A program made the position numbers and the translations under genes. A stretch of DNA of 64,000 bases from Vicinamibacterales bacterium (GTDB lineage: Bacteria > Acidobacteriota > Vicinamibacteria > Vicinamibacterales > UBA2999): contig DASRJR010000215.1 of assembly GCA_035649395.1 (NCBI GenBank), positions 2,318 to 66,317 on the forward strand, read 5' to 3'. A model generated the notes under the pieces. The model saw only the letters and a list, made by a program, of their open reading frames with translations, ran no database searches and was not told the origin of the DNA. Shown here piece by piece: positions 59,059 to 64,000 of this stretch (within the stretch, counting starts at the first letter, position 1; each line of letters begins with the position of its first letter).

Positions 59059-59577
59059 ATGCAACTCGACCTGACCCGATATCGCCAAGGGCTCAATCAC
59101 TTCTCGCGAGTGTTTCAGCCCGACGACGTCGGCCAGGAGGGCGAGGCGTATCGAATCGCCGAGCCGGTCCACGTGGACATGCAGATCCACAAGGACAAGC
59201 AGCGATTCCGGCTGGTGGGCACGGTGCGGACGCGGCTGGAACTGTCATGCAGCCGCTGCCTCGAGCCATTCTCGCTGCCGATCGACAGCAGCTTCGACCT
59301 GCGTTACCTCCCGGTCGAGGCTGCGGGCGAGGGCAGTGAGACCGACCGCGAGGTCAGCGAAGAGGATCTCGACGCCAGCGTCTATCGGGACGATCAAATC
59401 GATCTGAACGAGTTGCTGCGCGAGCAGTTCTATCTCACGCTGCCGATGAAGCCGCTGTGCCGGGAGGACTGCGCGGGCTTGTGCCCGCAGTGCGGCACGA
59501 ACCGGAATACCGGGACGTGCGTATGTTCGCCGCAATGGGAGGACCCGCGCCTCGCGCCGTTGAAGCGACTGATTTAG
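59059..59577 (+). CDS. yceD: YceD/DUF177 protein
   Basis: CSRCL, LPMKPLCREDCAGLCPQCG, DPRLAPL; upstream of rpmF. Confidence 0.9.
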   Translation: MQLDLTRYRQGLNHFSRVFQPDDVGQEGEAYRIAEPVHVDMQIHKDKQRFRLVGTVRTRLELSCSRCLEPFSLPIDSSFDLRYLPVEAAGEGSETDREVSEEDLDASVYRDDQIDLNELLREQFYLTLPMKPLCREDCAGLCPQCGTNRNTGTCVCSPQWEDPRLAPLKRLI

Positions 59578-59592
59578 ACGTTCGATCAGACT

Positions 59593-59775
59593 ATGCCGAA
59601 TCCAAAACGCCGCCATTCCAAGACGCGCACTGCCAAGCGCCGCACGCACGACGCGCTGCGCGCCGCCACGACGGGCCTGTGCCCACAGTGTCACGAGCCG
59701 AAAGCCCCGCATCGCATTTGCCCGCACTGCGGGTACTACAAGACGCGACAGGTCAGGCCCGTCGACGAGGAATAG
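59593..59775 (+). CDS. rpmF: 50S ribosomal protein L32 (zinc-ribbon form)
   Basis: MPNPKRRHSKTRTAKRR, CPQC, HRICPHCGYY. Confidence 0.96.
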   Translation: MPNPKRRHSKTRTAKRRTHDALRAATTGLCPQCHEPKAPHRICPHCGYYKTRQVRPVDEE

Positions 59776-59788
59776 TGGCGATCGACGC

Positions 59789-60748
59789 GTGATCGCCTTC
59801 ATCTTTCCAGGCCAGGGCTCTCAGCAGGTCGGCATGGGTCGCGCGCTCGCCGAGGCGTTCCCCGAGGCGCAGCGTGTCTTCGCGGACGCCGACGCGGCCT
59901 TTGCGAGCGAAGCGTCCTCTCCTCGATCGCTGAGCACGTTGTGCTTCGAAGGCCCCGAGGCGGAGCTGATGCTCACCGAGATCACCCAGCCGGCGATCCT
60001 CACGGCCAGCATCGCCGCCTGCCGTGTCCTCGAGGCGCGAGGCATCCGACCGTCGTTCGTCGCTGGCCACAGCCTCGGTGAGTATTCAGCCCATGTCGCC
60101 GCCGGCACGATCGGCTTCGGCGACGCCGTGCGGCTGGTGCGCCGGCGCGGCCGCTATATGCAGGAGGCGGTGCCCGTCGGCGTCGGGGCGATGGCGGCGA
60201 TCCTCGGCGCCGAGCTCGACGTCGTTCAGCGCGCATGTGACGAGGCTGCGCAAGGCGAGGTGGTGAGCCCCGCGAACATCAATGCGCCGGGCCAGATCGT
60301 GATTGCCGGCCATGCCGCGGCCGTGCAGCGTGCCTCCGAGCGGGCGCGCGCGCTCGGGGCAAAGCGAGCCATCCCGCTGTCGGTGAGCGCTCCATTCCAC
60401 TGTGCGTTGATGGCGCCTGCCGAAGCGCGACTCGAGCCGGAGCTTCGCGACTTGCTGGCGGCGTCGCCGCTCGTGCCCGTCGTCGCCAACGTCGACGCGC
60501 AGCCCAAACGTGAGGCCTGGGCCGCCATCGATGCGCTCGTCCGGCAGGTGTCCGCGCCCGTGCGTTGGGCCGACGTCGTCCAACGCCTTGCGTCCGAGGG
60601 CATCACCACGTATGTTGAGGTGGGCCCAGGTGCGGTGCTCAGCGGTCTGGTCCGGAAGATCCACAAAGATGCTCGCGTGGTGCAGTTCGGGTCGCCTGAC
60701 GACCTCGGCACGATCGTAGCGGCATGCTCGACTTCGGCGGAAAACTAG
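59789..60748 (+). CDS. fabD: Malonyl-CoA:ACP transacylase
   Basis: FPGQGSQ, GHSLGEY, SAPFHC, EVGPG. Confidence 0.96.
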   Translation: MIAFIFPGQGSQQVGMGRALAEAFPEAQRVFADADAAFASEASSPRSLSTLCFEGPEAELMLTEITQPAILTASIAACRVLEARGIRPSFVAGHSLGEYSAHVAAGTIGFGDAVRLVRRRGRYMQEAVPVGVGAMAAILGAELDVVQRACDEAAQGEVVSPANINAPGQIVIAGHAAAVQRASERARALGAKRAIPLSVSAPFHCALMAPAEARLEPELRDLLAASPLVPVVANVDAQPKREAWAAIDALVRQVSAPVRWADVVQRLASEGITTYVEVGPGAVLSGLVRKIHKDARVVQFGSPDDLGTIVAACSTSAEN

Positions 60749-61464
60749 CGATTGTGACCGGCGCGTCGCGCGGCATCGGCCGCGGCGTTGCCGAGATGCT
60801 CGCCGCCCGCGGCGCGCACGTCATCGCCGCCGCCCGCAGCGACAACGCCAAGGCCACGGTCGACGCGATCCAGGCCGCCGGCGGCCGCGCCGAGGTCGTC
60901 TCGTTGGACGTGACCGACACGGCGGCCGTCGACGCCATGGTGGCCGGTGTGTTGGAGCGGCACGGCCGCATCGACGTGCTCGTCAACAACGCGGGGATCA
61001 CGCGCGATCAGCTGATGCTCCGCATGAAGCGTCAGGAGTGGGACGAGGTCATCGCCACCAACCTGACGGCGGCCTTCACGTGCGTGCAGGCGGTGCTGAA
61101 GCCGATGATCAAGCAGCGCAACGGACGGATTATCAGCGTCAGCTCGGTCGTCGGGCAGATGGGGAATGCGGGTCAGGCCAACTACGCGGCATCCAAGGCC
61201 GGGTTGATCGGGTTCAGCCTGGCGCTCGCGCGCGAAGTCGCGTCGCGGAACATCACGGTGAACGTCGTGGCACCGGGCATGATCGATACCGATATGACCC
61301 GCGCCGTCGCGGGGAAAGCGCAGTCCGATTGGGAAGCGCTGATTCCGCTCAAACGCCTCGGCCTGCCGGCGGACATCGCCGCGGCCGTCTGCTTTCTCGC
61401 CTCGGATGAGGCGTCGTATATTACGGGTCACGTTCTCGCCGTAAATGGCGGCATGTACATGTAA
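60724..61464 (+). CDS. fabG: 3-oxoacyl-ACP reductase
   Basis: TGASRGIG, NNAGITRD, YAASK, VNGGMYM. Confidence 0.96.
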   Translation: MLDFGGKLAIVTGASRGIGRGVAEMLAARGAHVIAAARSDNAKATVDAIQAAGGRAEVVSLDVTDTAAVDAMVAGVLERHGRIDVLVNNAGITRDQLMLRMKRQEWDEVIATNLTAAFTCVQAVLKPMIKQRNGRIISVSSVVGQMGNAGQANYAASKAGLIGFSLALAREVASRNITVNVVAPGMIDTDMTRAVAGKAQSDWEALIPLKRLGLPADIAAAVCFLASDEASYITGHVLAVNGGMYM

Positions 61465-61499
61465 TCAAAGCCACGTGCTCAATGACCGCCCCGGATGAC

Positions 61500-61563
61500 G
61501 GCGGGTCTTCAAACCCGCCGACGTGAGGAGTCGAACAATGAGCATTGGGCATTGGGCGTTGAT
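61500..61563 (+). repeat. REP-like palindrome followed by CATTGGG heptamers
   Basis: GGCGGGTCTTCAAACCCGCC, then CAATGAG CATTGGG CATTGGG CGTTGAT before the acpP SD. Confidence 0.6.
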
Positions 61564-61575
61564 TAGGAGGATTCG

Positions 61576-61818
61576 ATGGCAGTCGCAGACAAGGTGAAGA
61601 GCATCATCGTCGAGCAGCTCGGCGTGGATGAAGAGGAAGTGACGCCGGACGCGTCGTTTGTCGACGACCTCGGCGCCGACTCGCTCGACACGGTGGAGCT
61701 CGTGATGGCCTTCGAGGAGGAATTCGGGATCGAGATCCCGGATGAGGACGCCGAGAAGATCACCCGCGTCAAGGAAGCGATCGACTACATCGAAGCCCAC
61801 GGCAAGGGCAAAAAATAG
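61576..61818 (+). CDS. acpP: Acyl carrier protein
   Basis: [22 protein letters not shown]. Confidence 0.98.
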   Translation: MAVADKVKSIIVEQLGVDEEEVTPDASFVDDLGADSLDTVELVMAFEEEFGIEIPDEDAEKITRVKEAIDYIEAHGKGKK

Positions 61819-61831
61819 GAGTCGGGGCCGT

Positions 61832-63073
61832 TTGAGCAGACGCGTCGTCATCACCGGGATCGGACTGGTGTCGTCGCTCGGCATCGGCACCGCCGCGACC
61901 TGGCGGGGGCTGCTGGCGGGCACGCCGGGCGTCACCCGTGTCACGAGATTCGATGTGACCGGATTCGCCGCCCAGATCGCCGCCGAGGTCAAGGGGTTCG
62001 ATCCGCTGCAGTTCATCGAGAAGAAAGACGTCAAGAAGATGGACGTCTTCATCCAGTACGCCGTCGCGGCGTCGCAGTTCGCGATGGACGACTCGGGGCT
62101 GCGCATCACGAAAGAGAACGCGCCCGACGTCGGCGTGTTCATCGGGTCGGGCATCGGCGGGTTCCAGACGATCGAGCGCGAGCACAGCGCGCTGCTCGAC
62201 GGCGGCCCGCGCCGCATTTCACCCTTCTTCATTCCGTCGGCGATCATCAACCTGGCCTCAGGCCAGGTCTCGATTCGATTCGGCGCCAAGGGACCCAACA
62301 TCGCGACGTGCACCGCGTGCTCGGCATCGGCGCACGCCGTCGGCGAGTCGTTCGAGATCATCAAACGCGGCGACGCCGAGGCGATGATCGCGGGCGGGTC
62401 CGAGGCGGCGATCACGCCGATGAGCCTGGGCGGTTTCGGGGCGTTGCGCGCGCTCTCGACGCGCAACGACGAGCCGAGCCGCGCCAGCCGGCCGTTCGAC
62501 ACCGATCGCGACGGGTTCATCATCGGCGAAGGCGCTGGCGTCCTGATCCTGGAGGAGCTGGAATACGCGAAGCGGCGCGGCGCCAAGATCTACGCGGAGG
62601 TGGTCGGCTACGGGCTGTCGGGCGATGCGTATCACATCACGGCGCCATCGGAAGACGGCGACGGGGCGATTCGCGTCATGCGGATGGCATTGAAGAAGGC
62701 CGGCGTCGCCCCGAGCGAAGTCGACTACATCAACGCCCACGGCACCTCGACTCCGTACAACGACCGGCTCGAGACGATCGCCATCAAGACCTGCTTCGGC
62801 GAGCACGCGCGCGCGGTCGCGATCTCCTCGACGAAGTCGATGACCGGCCACCTACTCGGCGGCGCCGGTGGCCTCGAGGCGGGCATTTCCGCGCTGGCGG
62901 TGCACGATCAGATCGCGCCCCCGACAATCAACCTCGAGCACCCCGATCCCGAGTGCGACCTCGACTACGTGCCGTGCAAGAGCCGCCCGATGCCGATCCG
63001 CTACGCGCTCTCGAACTCCTTCGGCTTCGGCGGCACCAACGCGGCGTTGCTGTTCAAGAAGTACGAAGGCTGA
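61832..63073 (+). CDS. fabF: 3-oxoacyl-ACP synthase II
   Basis: TTG 61832; TACSAS, NAHGTST, KSMTGHLLG, NSFGFGG. Confidence 0.97.
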   Translation: MSRRVVITGIGLVSSLGIGTAATWRGLLAGTPGVTRVTRFDVTGFAAQIAAEVKGFDPLQFIEKKDVKKMDVFIQYAVAASQFAMDDSGLRITKENAPDVGVFIGSGIGGFQTIEREHSALLDGGPRRISPFFIPSAIINLASGQVSIRFGAKGPNIATCTACSASAHAVGESFEIIKRGDAEAMIAGGSEAAITPMSLGGFGALRALSTRNDEPSRASRPFDTDRDGFIIGEGAGVLILEELEYAKRRGAKIYAEVVGYGLSGDAYHITAPSEDGDGAIRVMRMALKKAGVAPSEVDYINAHGTSTPYNDRLETIAIKTCFGEHARAVAISSTKSMTGHLLGGAGGLEAGISALAVHDQIAPPTINLEHPDPECDLDYVPCKSRPMPIRYALSNSFGFGGTNAALLFKKYEG

Positions 63074-63103
63074 CGTTATCGCTCATCGTCATTTGCGATC
63101 GCC

Positions 63104-63128
63104 GCAGAGGCGGGTCTTGAGACCCGCC
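63104..63128 (+). repeat. REP palindrome
   Basis: GCAGAGGCGGGTCTTGAGACCCGCC, 23/25 identical to the 30626 copy. Confidence 0.75.
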
Positions 63129-63139
63129 GTTACTCCACC

Positions 63140-63916
63140 ATGAAGATCGCCGTTTGTATCAAGCAAGTCCCGACCCGCGAGTGGCAGCCTCGTCTCAACG
63201 ACGCCAAGACCTGGATCCGCGAACAGGACGCTGCGTTCGAGATGAACGAGCCCGATGCGTATGCGCTCGAGGAGTCGTTGCGCCTTCGCGAGAAGCATGG
63301 CGGCGAGGTCGTGGTGTGTGCCGCCGGGCCGGCGCGTGTGCAGCAGGTGCTGCGTGAGGCGCTGGCGCGCGGCGCCGACCGCGCCCTGCACGTCGAGGAC
63401 GATCGGCTGGCGGCCGCGGATGCCGCCCTTGCGGCCGAGGCGCTGGCGGCGGCGATGGCTGACGAGAAATTCGATCTCGTGCTCACCGGCCTCCAATCCG
63501 ACGACCAGGGGCACGCACAGACCGGCGTCATCCTCGCCGAGCGGCTCGGCATGCCTCACTCGACGATCGTCATGGATGTCCAGATCGACCCTTCGACAGG
63601 CTCAGGGGGTGCGCTTCGCATCAAGCGCGAGCTCGAAGGCGGCTGGTTCCAATGGATCGCCATGCCGCTGCCGTCGCTGCTGACGATTCAGAGCGGTATT
63701 AATCAGCTCCGCTACGCCACGCTGAAAGGCATCATGGCCGCCAAGAAGAAGGAGATCCGCAAGGTCGCCATGCCGGCAGGTCTCGAGCCGACGCAGGAGA
63801 TCGTCGGCTTGGCGTTGCCGACGCGGTCCAAGCAGACCCAACTGATCGACGGCCCGAGCGCCCAGGCGGCGCAGGAGCTCGTGCGGCGTCTGCGAGACGA
63901 GGCGAGAGTGTTATGA
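63140..63916 (+). CDS. etfB: Electron transfer flavoprotein subunit beta
   Basis: MKIAVCIKQVP, ALARGAD, G.QSDD, RYATLKGIMAAKKK. Confidence 0.94.
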   Translation: MKIAVCIKQVPTREWQPRLNDAKTWIREQDAAFEMNEPDAYALEESLRLREKHGGEVVVCAAGPARVQQVLREALARGADRALHVEDDRLAAADAALAAEALAAAMADEKFDLVLTGLQSDDQGHAQTGVILAERLGMPHSTIVMDVQIDPSTGSGGALRIKRELEGGWFQWIAMPLPSLLTIQSGINQLRYATLKGIMAAKKKEIRKVAMPAGLEPTQEIVGLALPTRSKQTQLIDGPSAQAAQELVRRLRDEARVL

Positions 63917-63926
63917 GGGCGGTTCG

Positions 63927-64000
63927 ATGATTCTCGTTCTCGCCGAGCAGCGCGGCGGCACGCTGAATCGCGCGTCATGGGAGGCGGTCGCCGCCGCTCA
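63927..64000 (+). CDS. etfA: Electron transfer flavoprotein subunit alpha, 3'-truncated by window edge
   Basis: ATG 63927 MILVLAEQRGGTLNRASWEAVAAA directly after etfB. Confidence 0.8.
   Translation, partial: MILVLAEQRGGTLNRASWEAVAAA

Overview
High-GC bacterial chromosomal segment of mostly core genes. The gene content (diderm lipid A, Bam and Lol genes, ClpC, HspR, futalosine pathway, acidobacterial-type VWA and DUF6152-like proteins) suggests Acidobacteriota, probably Vicinamibacterales-like; this is inference. Gene order: SPOR-lnt-prfB (programmed +1 frameshift); PBP1A; dnaK-dnaJ-hspR with a HAIR-like operator on its promoter; DnaC-like ATPase-hemW; two paralogous exported proteins; acyl-CoA dehydrogenase-meaB-(mce::MBL fusion)-mtnP-nucleoside kinase; an atypical GuaB/GMPR-family gene; ribH-nusB-lysS; lolC/E-lolD; clpC-bamA-skp-(fabZ::lpxA fusion)-lpxI-Gfo/Idh/MocA; a futalosine menaquinone cluster; tonB-like-miaA-hfq-deoB-dgt; yceD-rpmF-fabD-fabG-acpP-fabF; etfB-etfA. 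I saw no rRNA, tRNA, CRISPR array, prophage or transposase. The top candidate is an intact MqnE-like protein, translationally coupled to mqnA, that has lost the whole radical-SAM CxxxCxxC loop (candidate pseudo-enzyme subunit). Next are the FabZ-LpxA and epimerase-MBL fusions and a GuaB-like enzyme lacking IMPDH signature residues. Also notable: probable CTG starts (lnt, deoB), sigma54-type promoters on exported-protein genes, two small membrane ORFs missed by the track, and many GTAG-REP, heptamer and nonamer repeats, some recruited into coding sequence. All family calls come from motif recognition by eye; no database search was run.
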